Below, piece by piece: positions 12,414 through 25,900 of a DNA stretch of 64,000 nucleotides. This DNA comes from Hydrurus foetidus. Taxonomy: Eukaryota. Position 1 is the first letter of the stretch, and the number at the start of each line of letters is the position of its first letter. The translations under genes were made by a program, and so were the position numbers. The stretch is from assembly GCA_900617105.1 (NCBI GenBank), contig UYFQ01000836.1:1-64000 (forward strand), read 5' to 3'. The notes under the pieces were generated by a model. That model did not search any database and was not told where the DNA came from. It saw nothing but the letters and a program-made list of their open reading frames with translations.

Positions 12414-13744
12414 TTTTGTTTGAAGAAAATTTGCTTAAGAGAGATCTGTGAGACCAGTGGGGTAATAGTGCAATTATGGACTAATGAGATGTTGTCGCTG
12501 CAAAAGCACAAGATGGAAGATAGGAGAGAGATGATGTGTTATCGGAAAATCGAATGAATGACGTCGCAGCTGAAGTGCGTTGCGTAAAGCGGTGACATGG
12601 CAGCTGGAGTACGTACTGTGTACGGTTGAAACGAAATTCAACATCGGTCAGCGGCCAGCGGTATCAATTTGTGAAGTGAAGGAGGAATCCAGGAATCTAC
12701 AGGTTCGAGAATTATTTTTATCCGGTGTTCCGTCTTGTTTCTTACCGCCGGACAGTACCTACCTACCTACCTACCAATGGAGACTGTTGCGAGGAGGTTC
12801 TTGATTGTAGACTGTCCTTAGAAACATTGGCCACCCCTAACGGAACTCAGGTAGGCCTCTAGAACCAGCAATATTTGTGACTCAGTGAAGGTGCAATCCG
12901 CATTAATATATGATTGAAAATTGAAGCCACAGATTTGATCGCAGGACATTTTATCCTCAGGAGTGAATGAGGGCATGAGCTATGTGAGTCTACCAAGAAT
13001 TGGAATCACTCGCAATAATCGGACTTCAAATAATCCTAACAAATTTTACAGCCAATTAAAAGTCTTGGTCGTCCATTAATCAATCAATTATTAGTAATTT
13101 CCAACTCCAATGTCATAATGCTAATAAGGAACAACTGATGTGTGCGATAGAAAGACAATGTCTGCAGAGTACGATTGCTATGAGACAAATAACTGGAATG
13201 AGCATCAACACTGATGTCGCGAGCTGGCAGCACCAGTGGATGATTGACGATATCGTGACTCATCATATCATGTAGTATATCCGTGGTCGCGGTGACCACT
13301 GTGCCGCGACAGGTGTCGCAATTGGAAGATTGCAAAGACTTCCAAATGAAAATGTTAGACTTACAAAGTGAATTCACAACCCAATATGTCGATTATTAAT
13401 AAAAATATCATCTGCGAAGTCTAAAAAGAAAAGGCGTTCTGGACTCCGGACTCCGGACTCCGGACCGAGAATTCCTACGTTTTTCCGTTTATCGGATTTC
13501 CGTGAAATCAACTTTGATCACCAACAGTTTGGAGTTCGGGTTGGTTCGTTGGTTCGACTTGTTCAGATCATATCGAGATCCATATCAGATTTAAAAGTTA
13601 CCATTCAGAAAAGAATCGCTAACTTTCAGTTGCACTGAAGTCTGTGGGAATTGTCTAATGCGGTCGGAAATATTCTGAACCAGAGGAAATTGCAAAGTTT
13701 AACCCTAAAATTAAAACAGTGCAGCTGAGATAATACTACCAGCC

Positions 13745-16700
13745 ATGAAGCAGAGCCATAACACCATCGTTAGCTGTGCATTAGGGTTATTTGTCTACAC
13801 ACTTCTGCCGAATGCAACCGCCTTTTTTGGCAGTTCAAGCAACTACAAGTCAAGTAGATGGTCGAACATTGTCAGTTCAAAGTCAGGAATCTACAAGAGG
13901 GACATCTTAGCTAATGATCAGTCACATTCGTGCAATGCACTCTATGCAGCACCAACTCTACTGGCTGATCCTATGCCGAATTCTATCGGAAATTTCTTTG
14001 AGAACAAGACGGACGGAATGTCATTCATCCAATGTTACATGCTCTCGGTCGCTGTGGTCGATGGCTTGCAATATGGTACTGATCGCACTTGACTGTTTTC
14101 ACTATTTCTGACAAGACATGATACTATCGAAACAAAAGCATTTCAAGCATTGTACAATTGAAAGCTACTGCGTATATATTTCATGATTGCATGAACCAGT
14201 TGCATGAAATCTTTATTATTGCTTTGAATTTATACATTGTCATTTTTCACGCACTTTCTCACGCATTCTTTTGTATTATGACGGGTAAAGAGAAAAGCAC
14301 AGCTAACAGTTTCGACCATGCGGAAGACTTCCATTCATCTAAGACTTTTCATCGCTTCTTCGCTACAGCTATTCTACTGGTCACATCACATCATTTTATA
14401 CTCTCGTATTCCGTATTCTACTGCAGTACAATAATTCGAATCTTCTCACTTTTAGGTGTGGGTTTTCCAGTGGACATGCCAGTGATGCTGACGTACTTTG
14501 AAGGGAACGAACTTATGCCGGTCTTAGCCGATTATCCGGATTACGATCATTTAATGAATCACGTTGCTGTTCAATTGGACAGCAATGAGTTTCAATTATA
14601 CCGTACACCAGTCGTACTTACGCTGCAAGGAGAGTTTGAGGTGACAGCTTATTCGTCTTTCGTAGTGCTAGTATACACAAATTGTTTCAATTTATCAATC
14701 TGCAGTGCAAATTGTTTGCGTTTTGTGAAAATAAATTGAATTCAATGTTGGGAAATGATGTACTACTACTGACTGTTCGCACATTGTTTTATTTTCTGAT
14801 ATTTAATTCTGGTAATGTTGATTTCTGCTACAAAGAATATACCAATGAAATCTTTTGTATTTTAAACGAAGAATAAATTGCTCAGCAGAACATTCAATCT
14901 TCAATTATTATTATTTTTCTTCTTCTTTTTTCTTAGGATGAAGAATTAAATGAAGTTATTCCTGGACAAAAAATGGGCAGTAGCAAGGTAATCTGGAATC
15001 TAGACCCATGATCCTTAACAGAATATAGTCTGTCATTAGTACGACGTACAAAGGAATGAAAAATCTAAATCCTTCGAGGGATATCTTCACGTTTTGTAGG
15101 TCGTTATTTCGTTGTTGTCTTTCGTTTTTTCTCATCCTCTTTTTAATTTAGTTTATAATTCTGCACCTAATTCATTGCAGCCCACCCATCCTCCTTGACT
15201 AACACTATGAACTCGAATCGCACATACGCACATGTACATACATGTACACATACACACACGTACTAACACGCACACACTGACATACATACTTATACACACA
15301 CACGCACTAACACACTCTCTCCCTTACACACACACACACACACACACATGCGTGCGAACACTCCAACCCACTCCCTCCTAGACTGCAGAGGGAGATGACG
15401 ATGAGGTGTACGATGACGACGACGACTACCTCGATGACGATGATGAGAGCGAAGGAGAAGAAGTGTCAGTCGCAGACGTCATCGTAAGTACACGTTATCA
15501 CGTTGTGTGCGTTAATTACTTATTGTATTGTACTGCCATATTAATTTTGATTCATAAAACACTGATTTTAGTAGTCAAGTCATTCGTGTTATTTAAGCCA
15601 TTAATAGTTTATCGTACAGAAAGTAATTGCGTTTATTTTTTTACCATTTTGGTCCTATTCATACAGTATTTTCGTCCTCACTAAATGCTCTTTTAACGCT
15701 GCCTTAACGCTGTCTTAATTCTAATCAGGCGTTAGAGGGGATAGATGATGATGATGACGATGATGAAATGTACGATGATGATGAAGATGACGATGAGGAG
15801 GATGATGAGGATGAAGAAGAAGAGGAAGAAGAGGGTGGGCACATCACTCATACGCGATAATGTAAAAAACAAATTGATTATATGTGATAATATACACTGA
15901 TGTTTAACATTTTATGGATATCAGGTGAGAACCGTAATATGGATTCTTTTTGGTCATCGTCTCCTGCCGGAAAAATTGACGAAAAATATTCTAAAATTGC
16001 TGATTACACAATAGGTGAGCAGTGCAGCCGATAACAATTTAAATCTTTTTTTCTTCTACTTTTCCTTCCTTCTTTTTCTTCGGTTCTTGGTTATTTTTTC
16101 TTCTTTTTTTATTTGTCAATTTCTTACGTCATGTGCATTCGTTCCCTCTCCTATCTTTTTCATCTATATCTCTAGTCTACGAATATTTGCCACGCATTTC
16201 TTGTTTTCTTTTTTACCACTTATCCTGCTTAATTTAGTAATTTGCCTATACTGTTAGTAATTCAACATTTAATTGTTAAGATTGTATCGTCTTATGTATA
16301 GTTGGTTTCTACCCTACGCTTCTCTAGTTTATTTAACCCGCTTATTCTCTGTTTTCTTTGACTTCTAATTCTTCCGCATTTCAGTGCGTCCCGAAAATCC
16401 GGATATTTCGGACATTCCGATGGACGCATTCGTCACAGATGAAGTACGTACGCACCTTTAATTTTTCCTAGATCCACTGTAAAATGAAATATCAGTGCTG
16501 GAAATGTAGCATCATTTGAATTTGAGTTAGATTAGTGATAATACCTGCATCGGAGCTAGCTAGGGTCTGAAGAGTTCTTCTATTGCCCATCTAGGGCCCC
16601 CCTTTCTGGAAACTCTACATGGGTCCTTTCTTGTTGGGTGTACGTACGTGTGACCCTACTCCTAGAGAAGGAATTATTGTGCTTCCCTTTCTACGGCCCC

Positions 16701-17760
16701 ATCCCTAGCTCTCACGCACAGCAATGCTGTTTGATGTATGCCTGTATAAGGACAGTTGCATGAAACAAACGACACTGGCAGCAAATAACGCAACTAAGTC
16801 TGGCTGTTTGTAATGCTGAGCACTTGGCAATATAGTATGTTAGCTGATAATTATTTTTATCTTACTGTATTCTCTTATCCTAATTTATCTTCACATTACT
16901 GGTACATTTTTACACATTTTTTTACATTTTTTTTTAAAATTATTTAGGATACTAAGAGCTTGAAAAAAGCTCACAGACGTGCGGATAGAATAATTGAATA
17001 CGCAGCGGATGTTTCTTTGATAGCTTCTTTTCACTACAAGAAAAAGAACTTTCATCTTGTTAAACTGTTGGAAGTACGTAAAATGCCTTTGTTTTTTGTA
17101 TTTTGTTTCATGTATGTACGACATAGATCGAATTTAAATAGAATTACAGCTGGTAATAATGAACAGTAATTAGTAATTATGAGAATAACAAGCATGTATT
17201 ATCACCTAATTACTCCAGGCGTTCTTTTAGACCAGAAAGACTCAAACGCACTTCAGTTCATTGCGTGAGGTGTCAGCTATCTTAAATGCTTAAGACGTGA
17301 AGTCATCTATCAGACTGTAGGAATGCTGTACCATTTATTCCTCTTCGTTGTTTTCACTTTCTTCTTCTATTGTATTTTTCTCAATCGCTTTCTTTCCTTC
17401 ATTTTTTTTTTCTTCTATAATACCTCACAGTACTTTCGCCCTTCTTTAAGATTCTCTGTTTTTTCTCCACTATATCCTATCTTGTCGTTACTGTACAACA
17501 CTTCTACTCTAATCTTATCCTTCATATTTCTCCTCAATCCCTTTGCTCAATTCACTCAATTTTTATTTTTTTTCTCTTTTCTTCAGCCAATATTTATCAT
17601 TGGTAAGCGCATTTCGGACATAAAAGGGTACTACTTCACTTTGCTTGACGAAAAGGAGAGCGTGACTGTCACACCAATTCTCGAGACCCTTCTAGCCAAA
17701 CGCTCAGCATCTGGCATCGCACCCACTCCTCAAAAGGTGATTGAAGAATCTCTCACTTAG
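13745..17760 (+). CDS. Plastid-targeted DUF3727-like protein with acidic central tract
   Basis: Presequence ...LLPNATA-FF; exons IQCYMLSVAVVDGLQYG, VGFPVDMPV...LYRTPVVLTLQGEFE, D/E-rich exons at 15381-15483 and 15729-15833, LIASFHYKKKNFHLVKLLE-PIFIIGKR; TAG 17758-17760. Confidence 0.7.
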
Positions 17761-19688
17761 TAACTCTCACCTCGTAACTGTGACTGCATCTCTTACTTTA
17801 TTTCTGTTATCTAACTTGGCACAATTTTTTTCCGACTTTTTTTCGTTGGTTTATTTCCATCTTTCCGTGTTTCCCACTTTCAATTAATTCTTCTCCATTT
17901 CTTTTCTCAAATCTACTCTACTTTTCTTTTTTCTTCTTTTTCTGCATCAAAGGTTAACCGGTCTCAGGATAAAGGATACGGTAGAGGCGGTAAAGATAGA
18001 GGAAAGGTAGAGAAAGAGGTAGAGGAGGAGGAAGAAGAAGAGGGCTTCGATCTTGACGGGAGAGGGGGACAGGAGAAGGGGAGAGGGGCGGTAGGAGTGA
18101 AGGCAGCTGCTGCCCCGTCATCCGACATACGGCCCAAGTAAGGACAATCAGTGTGTCACAGATCAAGGCTCCTCACCTTGAATAAAGATATTGAATTTAC
18201 GCCACTCCTATTTTTCAATTCTTCCTTTTTTTTCTACCTCACATAGGCGATCTAGAAGAAGATGGACAAACAGACCTGATACAGAGGCTAAAAAATAATG
18301 GAAATAGCATCAAATATACGAGATGCACATCAGAAATCATTTGAAATCCAGATCGCTGTATAGATGCTAATAGTTTTTGTTGTTGTAAAAATTTTAATGA
18401 ATCGTTAATGATCATTTTACATCTGATTTGATTTACCATGCAACAATAACGGAATCAAGCATTATTTTAACCATTTTATTAAAGTATCTCTCATCTAAAA
18501 GTAGTACGAGAGTCTCAGGGCGTGGAGGATATCCGAACCGATGACTGCCCTTCTGCGTGTTGAGGTTTGACTTTTACTCCGCAGCACCTCCCCACACAGA
18601 GCTGAACTTGTCACCAGAAATGTACCGACAAGGGGTATACATTTCAATTTCAACTAGAATCTGACCCAGAAACCCTATTCTTTCGAGACCGAGTCTCACA
18701 CGCAACAATCTGGACTTTGGCGTGAAAATTTTCCTCCTCGTACTGACTCGAAGAACGCGATATACTGCATGTGGGATATGAGGCTACGTTACGTTGCTGT
18801 GAACTGAATTGTACATAGCCCTGTCAGTCTCCACTCTATTCAGAATATGCTACTTGTCCTCTGCTCCACGCTGTCTATTGTACTATGTACCCTTCATTGT
18901 CTCCTGTTTGCTACATAGTGACGTGCACACAGCTGGGAACACGGATCATCAGTTACCAGGACAAATAGGCTGGTTTCAGCGACAAAATGGAATGTCTCAT
19001 ATCTCCGATCACTGCCTCGGACAATATCCTTGTGTGCGTTTATATGCACGGTAAATCATATATGCAAAACAAAGAACTCCGCAAACGTCCATAAGTGCGC
19101 TCGCTTGCATACGTACCTGTGTACATAATAACCGGAAATGCGTAGTGTTTATATGACAAGACAATTAAACCAGGACTGAAGAAAAACTCAAAGTATCAAA
19201 TATCACCAAAAATCTTTTATCGATGGAGGATAAATTATTTACATGTAAAAATGCTGCGAAAAACTACATCATTTCAAAAATTCTGAATTAATTTTTACTT
19301 CAATTTTATCTTATTTTCAAGTGAACTTTTGGCAAGTGAGTAAATTTGCTGACGAGAGAATAAAGTAAGAATGATTCAGTGTGAAAAAAATCTACGTATT
19401 GAAAAGAAGATGACGATAGGGAGATAAAGGTAGAACAAAGTAGTGCAATTTGAAAGAATGGGAAGGTAAACAAAATAAAAATAGAAAAGAAAGTAAGAAT
19501 TGCAGAAGTAAATTCGAGTAAAGTATAAACGAATAGAAGAGCTAAGAGAGTAACAGAAAGAGAATGACAGATGAAGAAGTAAAGGACGGTAGGGATGGAG
19601 GATAGGAAGAAAGGAAAGAAAGAATAAAAAGAATAGAAAGAGTTTATAGGATGTGTTAGAGAGAACGTATGTACTGTTCATTTACTCA

Positions 19689-22600
19689 TTATATTCTCTT
19701 TGCGTCATTGCGCGCTACGTGCTTTACCGTACCACCTGACAGACAAATCAAAAAGAGTGCATAAGCATTAGCGACATATATATGAGGACAGTAAGGCAGA
19801 AGAAAAGGAGAGAGTTGAAAAGAAGGGGAAAGCGTGAAAGACAAAAGGCACGGATTAGATGCATTTGATTAAACAAAATAAATCAAGTGCTTTTGGGATG
19901 ATTAGCATCAGAAATAAATAAAATAGTTAACAACATTACATGAAATAACAAGATACAATTGAAAATAATCATCTAGGTTATGTAGGAGATGTACAGTACG
20001 TGCTAAGAGCGTGTGATATTTAGTACTTACCTCCCGTTATGACCCACCAGGCGGCCAACACGGTGATAGCAACGAATACTGGCGCTCCCAGTAGTATCAG
20101 CTTGATGACCTATGGAAAGAAGGAAGGAGGAGAAGCGAGATGATGTAGCAGAGAGAGGGGGGGGTGAGAGAGGGAGGTGAGAAAGAGAGATGGGGATTAG
20201 AGAAAGAAGAGAGAGGGAGGAAGATGAGAAGAAGGAAAGTGAGGGAGGGTGGTGACATAGGGAGATAGAAGAGGAAGGAGAAGAGGTAGGTAATGGCATG
20301 TTCAAATAAAAACATTTGAATGAACCAATTGAAGTAATGTAACGTAACGTAACGTAACGTAACGTAAATTACTGTAAAATCCGGTACCTTGTAGCCGTGG
20401 CCGGAACTCTCTGCGCCTAGGGAAGTGTCGATGAAAAGTATAGCCTGCTCGACTGCTATGTCTACATGCTGAAGAAAGAGGGAGAGATAAAGGAAGAGAA
20501 AGAGGGAGAGATAAGGCAGTGTTGATCGGAGAGATAGAGAAGGTGTACAGAAGACGGAAGGAAAACCGTGAAAAAGACATGGTGTGGTGAGGACTACGGA
20601 ACTTGATGATAGACATTGAGAGAAGGAAGCACACCTGCACATCACACAGACATACGCACGCATCTACACACCACACATACACACACTCTCACTCTTTCAG
20701 GCACACCTAAGCTCCACAAGCACACTCACACATCATACACAACAGCACTAAAACAGGCACACTAACATTTGCACGCACCGTCGCAGACTAACCTGGAAAA
20801 TCCACCACAGCTCTCCTTCAACTTTCTTCTCCACTTTATTCATGTCTTCTTTGATCCTCAATTCTATACGGTCTATTTTATCTTTGTTGGTCTTGTCCGA
20901 GCTTAATCGGATCGCGTGGGGACCATCCAGCATAGCAGCGCGTCTTTACAAAGCATGAAATGGACGGGTACGAGGTGAATTAGAGCATAAAGGGGGGGAG
21001 AGAGGGGTAAGCGGAGGGAGAGGGGTAAGGGGAGTGAGAGGGGTATGAGGGAAAGGGAGAGTGAAGGAGAGGCATGTGAGAGGAAGTAGGGAAGAAAAGT
21101 TTATGAGGGGGACAGGAAAGGATGCAGTAGACACGGGAAATGAGATATCAAAGGAGGTTAGAGGAAAGGAAGGGAAAGGAGAGTCAGCCTAACAGATCAA
21201 GGTTAACCGAAAGAGGATGTAGTGTAGTGTATTTGAGTACAATACGATACAATGCAACACAATACAAAACAATACAGTGCAACAAAATATCACACAACAA
21301 TAGGATAAAAGATATTTTAATATAACAAATCGCAATTCAATTGACGGCTACCACTCACTTGATTTGGTCCGCAACTGTGACGTGTACACCGCGCATGCCG
21401 ACAGACACAGAACCGGAGGCAAGGGGTATGTCCCGCCCGCCCCCCAAATGGAGTTCAGGACTCATACCCCAAGGGTCCCCTTCTTGGGTGGATGGGTCTG
21501 AGGGAGGAGGGAAGGGTAAGAGGGAGGGTGAGAGGGAGGGAGGGAGGGAGGTTAACAGGGAAGGAAGGAGGGCTAGGGAGGGGGGAGGGAAGGAAAGTGA
21601 GATGGGGGGTGAGTATGAGAAAGGAAGGGATAGAGGTGAGAGAAAGGGAAGAGGGAGAAAAGGAGGAAAGGTGGAAGAGGGAGAGGGAATGGATAAGGAA
21701 GGAAGGAATGGTAAGATGAAGGAAATGTGGAGATGGAACGAAGCAGTGCTTGAAAAATGTATGTCTAGAAAGCACTCCATTAACGACAAGGAAGAAACAA
21801 AAAGAAAAGAAGACCAAATGACTCCAAAAAGAGTTATCAGATGTTTTGGAAAAAACGTCAAACACCATGATTGTTAATTTTACCTTCGTCTTTGACAAAT
21901 GGCACCCAATGCAACTGTTTGCATCTGTCGCCAAATATCACACTCGCTCTTATATCCACTCCAGTAAATTCCATTAATTGTTCCAGAGTCCTCTTCGACC
22001 CTAGTCCGTACTTCGTGAGAAGAGAAATCTAGAGAGTGGAAATAAAATTTAAAAATAAAAATAAAAATAAAAATAAGAACAGAAGAAAAAGGAGGAAGAA
22101 AATGAAGAAGAAAGGGAAGACAAATGGAGGAGGAGAAGGTGGAGGAGGAGGGGGGATGAGAGAGAGAAAGGGGAGGATGAAAGGAAAGGGAGTGGAACTT
22201 AGAAGAAGAATAAACAAAAAGCGCAGGAGAACAAAAAATAAATAGATAGACATCTTAAGTAGTGTAGTGGTGGACAAAAGTTGAAAGAATAAGGCAAATA
22301 AACCACCAATCATAATGACTAGACGATAACAACAAATAGAAAAAAACAAAGCACTCGATATCAAAAATGATGAAGATCATGAAAATTGATGATAAATTAG
22401 ATGCGATTTCAACTGACCATTTCGACTTTTTGTTCAGTGGGGCTCATAGCTTGCACCACCGGCGATCTGAGGAGGCTGTTATGCGAGCTAACGACATCAG
22501 GGAAAGAAGTCAAGGGATATCCAAGTAGACTACCCATTCTCTCTACTCCTCTTTCGTAGAGATGGCGAGAGAATTCAGGTGTCATTCCGTATCTGTTAGG

Positions 22601-22900
22601 AAGGAATGAAGTGCGTACGTGTGAGTGTGCGTGAGTGTAGTGACAAGAGAGGGGAAGGGGAAGAGGGAGGGAGGCAGGGAGGGAGGGGAAGGAGGGGAGG
22701 AAGAGAGAGAGGGGTGGAAGGGAGGAAGAGAGAGAGGGGTGGAAGGGAGGAAGAGAGAGAGGGGTGGAAGGGAGGGAGTAAAGTGAAAGTGCGTACGTTT
22801 GAGTGTGCGTGTGAACAGTGACAGTATAGGAGGAGATGGGAAAGGGATAGGGGAGAGGGTTACAGATAAGTGTCAATCTCTTTGTTTGTATTTATGTATG

Positions 22901-22931
<31 letters not shown>

Positions 22932-25900
22932 TGTATGTATGTATGTGTGCGTGCATTACGTACAGATTTACAGCATGCGAGAAATCTCATCTCCGTGTGG
23001 GACTACCATGTTGCAGATAACTGTAGCGTAATCTCCACAAACACTAAATCACTCTCACCTGATCCATTCCATGGGGTTCATGTCTTTGTTCTCTTTCTCG
23101 TGAGTGAGTCTCGGAGCGTATCGGAACATGCTCTTCGTTAAGTCCTGCCCGATTATGGTACGGGAGGGAGTGTACACGTCATACCCTCTGGTCCACAGAC
23201 TGAGATGGAGGGAGGGAGTTTAAGAGGGAGGGAGGAAGGGTAAGATGGAGGAAGAGAGGGAGGGAGGGTAAGAGGGAGGAAGGGAGGGTAAGAGGAAGGG
23301 AGGGTAAGAGGGAGGAAGGGAGGGGGGAGGGAGAGGGAGAGGGAGAATGAGGAGAGGGGGGAGGGATGGAGGAAAAGGGAGGGGAGGATGGAGGAAAGGG
23401 ATGGAGGGAGAGGTGGAAAGGATGGGAGTGAAGAAAGGATAGAAGAAAGGATGGAGGAAGTGGAGAAGATGAAGGCAGTATGGAAATGAAAAGGAAGGAA
23501 TTGAAAGAATGAATGGAGAGAAGGGAGGAAGGGAATGGAATGGAATGGGGAATGGAAGGATGGAGGGAGGAGGGAGGAAGGTGGAGAAGGGAGGGAGGAA
23601 GAGGGAGGGAGGAAGGGAGGGAGGGAGGGAGGGTGATAAGGATGTAGGAGGGTAAAAGGAAGGATGACAGGGAATAGTGACCACTTACTACTTCGTAGGA
23701 TGAAAATATCCAAATCTGAGGAGTCGCCAAAATCTGTTCGCTGCCCCACAAGGAAAGAATGGTCTAATCATGAATTCAGTGTTACTCAAAGGGTAGTTTT
23801 AGTTTACCTTTTTCTCCGCGTGGCATTTGCTGAATGAGAAGGAGGAGGACCAGAGGGGAGCGAGAAGGGGTTTCTCGAGATTCATAGCGGCTCTGGGTAA
23901 CAGATTTCGCACCAATCCGCTGTGAAGAGAAAACATGTCATAATATAGATGAATGAATAAATGAGAAATATGAAATGCGATTAAAAAAAATATGTGATGA
24001 TATTATCTAATGTGTAAAATAATAAAAATGGACTGTTCTTTTTCAAATAAATTACGTATTTCTTCTCACGAACAACTTGCGGTTTATACATCGACTTCGT
24101 ACGGGTGAAGAGGGCATAGGTGTCACTTTTCACTGCACATGGAGACGAAAAGCGTGACAACATAAATATGACCACTTCACTGAAAGCCAACAACAACAAA
24201 GACTTCCAATTTTTAGTGAATTCGGTTTCAATTCCAGATAAAAGTTCAAGGTCCTCACCTTGCAGCGAATCCCGCTTGACAGAGATGAGGCACTTCATAT
24301 CTCTCATTTACATTTATTCCAATGGTAGAGATGTCCGGCACTGCGGTGGAGAGTACTGCATACTCGTTGTCGATGCTGCCCCACATTGATAGAAGGGCTG
24401 TGTCCCAGTCATGCGCCATGTCACTAGGGGGGGTAAGAGGGAGGGAGGGTAAGAGGGAGGGAGGGAGAGTAAGAGAGAGGGAGGGAGGGTAAGAGGGAGA
24501 AAGAAGGTGAGAAAGGGAGGTGGGGAGGCTTAGAGGGCAGGTTAGAGGGAGGGAGGAGGGACGGGGCATCTAACATTGTACGTGTAATCACTGCTCAAAA
24601 TAGCAGAATGTGGTACAGTCAGGTGATTCTCATTGGTGGGTCATGATTGTTACGTTGGGACGATTTACACAGTCACTCTACGAGAGATAGTATACTCGAC
24701 TAAATCATGTTTAACAATACTATACTATACTGTGCTCTACTACACTGTACTATACTATGCTGTACTGCACTATATTAAAATTTAATATACTATACTGCAA
24801 TAAACTTAGCAACGCAACGCTACACTTACATCACACAGTATACTATTGTAGTCCATGTCACGCACTGTGCTCTGCCATACTATCTCACACAGTAGATACA
24901 TCACTATGCTCTGCGCTACTACACTACAACGTAATGGGTACTATGATGTGCATCATCATTCTAGACAGAACATAATATATCTGTGTTTTCCTCAAATTAA
25001 ACAAAACTAGTACGATAGAATACGATTCATGCAATGAAGTATTGAAATGCACTGCACGAGAAAAGTATTTTTGAAGACACAGTTTCGCACACTTTTCGCA
25101 CGACTCTTGTCTGTTGTTCGCTGAAATTCATAGTTACAGTAACCGCACGCTGCTCAATCCATGTGGTGCGAAAATTGTGCGAAATAAGGTTTGCAAAAAC
25201 ACTCTAAAAGTAGACAAAAGAACATAAACTGTACCGTATTAATTTGTTCTGTACTGTTTTGTATTGTGTAATTCATTGAACTCCTTGAATTTTTTATCCT
25301 CCTGCTAGTAATACTTCTCTAATAAATTCTCGCATTCTTCTTCCATCCCTCTCGCCCAACAGCATTCATAGCTCATGATTCACTCACTGACATACTCTAC
25401 ACGGTTAATCGTCCTAACACGTCATTTTGTTCGGTTGTAATACTCATTTTATACCATCTTTCCAACTCACCCATAATATCATCACAGAACAATTGAGACT
25501 GTTCCTTACAGTCTGAATTACAAAATCTGATTTTGCATCGTTCTTATTTCTTTACTCTTAAGGAGTCGAGTTGTGAGGGAAAAAATTGCCTCTCTTCTTT
25601 TCTCACAACTCGACTACTGAAAATCAGAGCTATGAGAATAACTCAAAATCAGATTTCAGAACACTGATCTGAAGGAGCTGTCTAGCATTGAAGTCCGCAA
25701 TACTGAATCCAAGACGATCTGAACACTAAAATACTTTGTTTCCTATCATTCTCTCCTTTCCACACTGTATAAATCTCGATAGTCTCCTCTGATATGGAAT
25801 GAATCGTTCTCATCTGAAAATAATTAAACAATGTAACATCTACTACTACAGAATTCAAAAATAATGTTCCTTAGGAATGTTCCTCACCTGTGAGAATCTG

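Noticed and set aside
20027..24569. Pro/Ser/Leu-rich and Gly/Arg/Glu-rich ORFs
   Set aside because: They are artefacts of intronic purine/pyrimidine tracts; only short embedded exons are coding.
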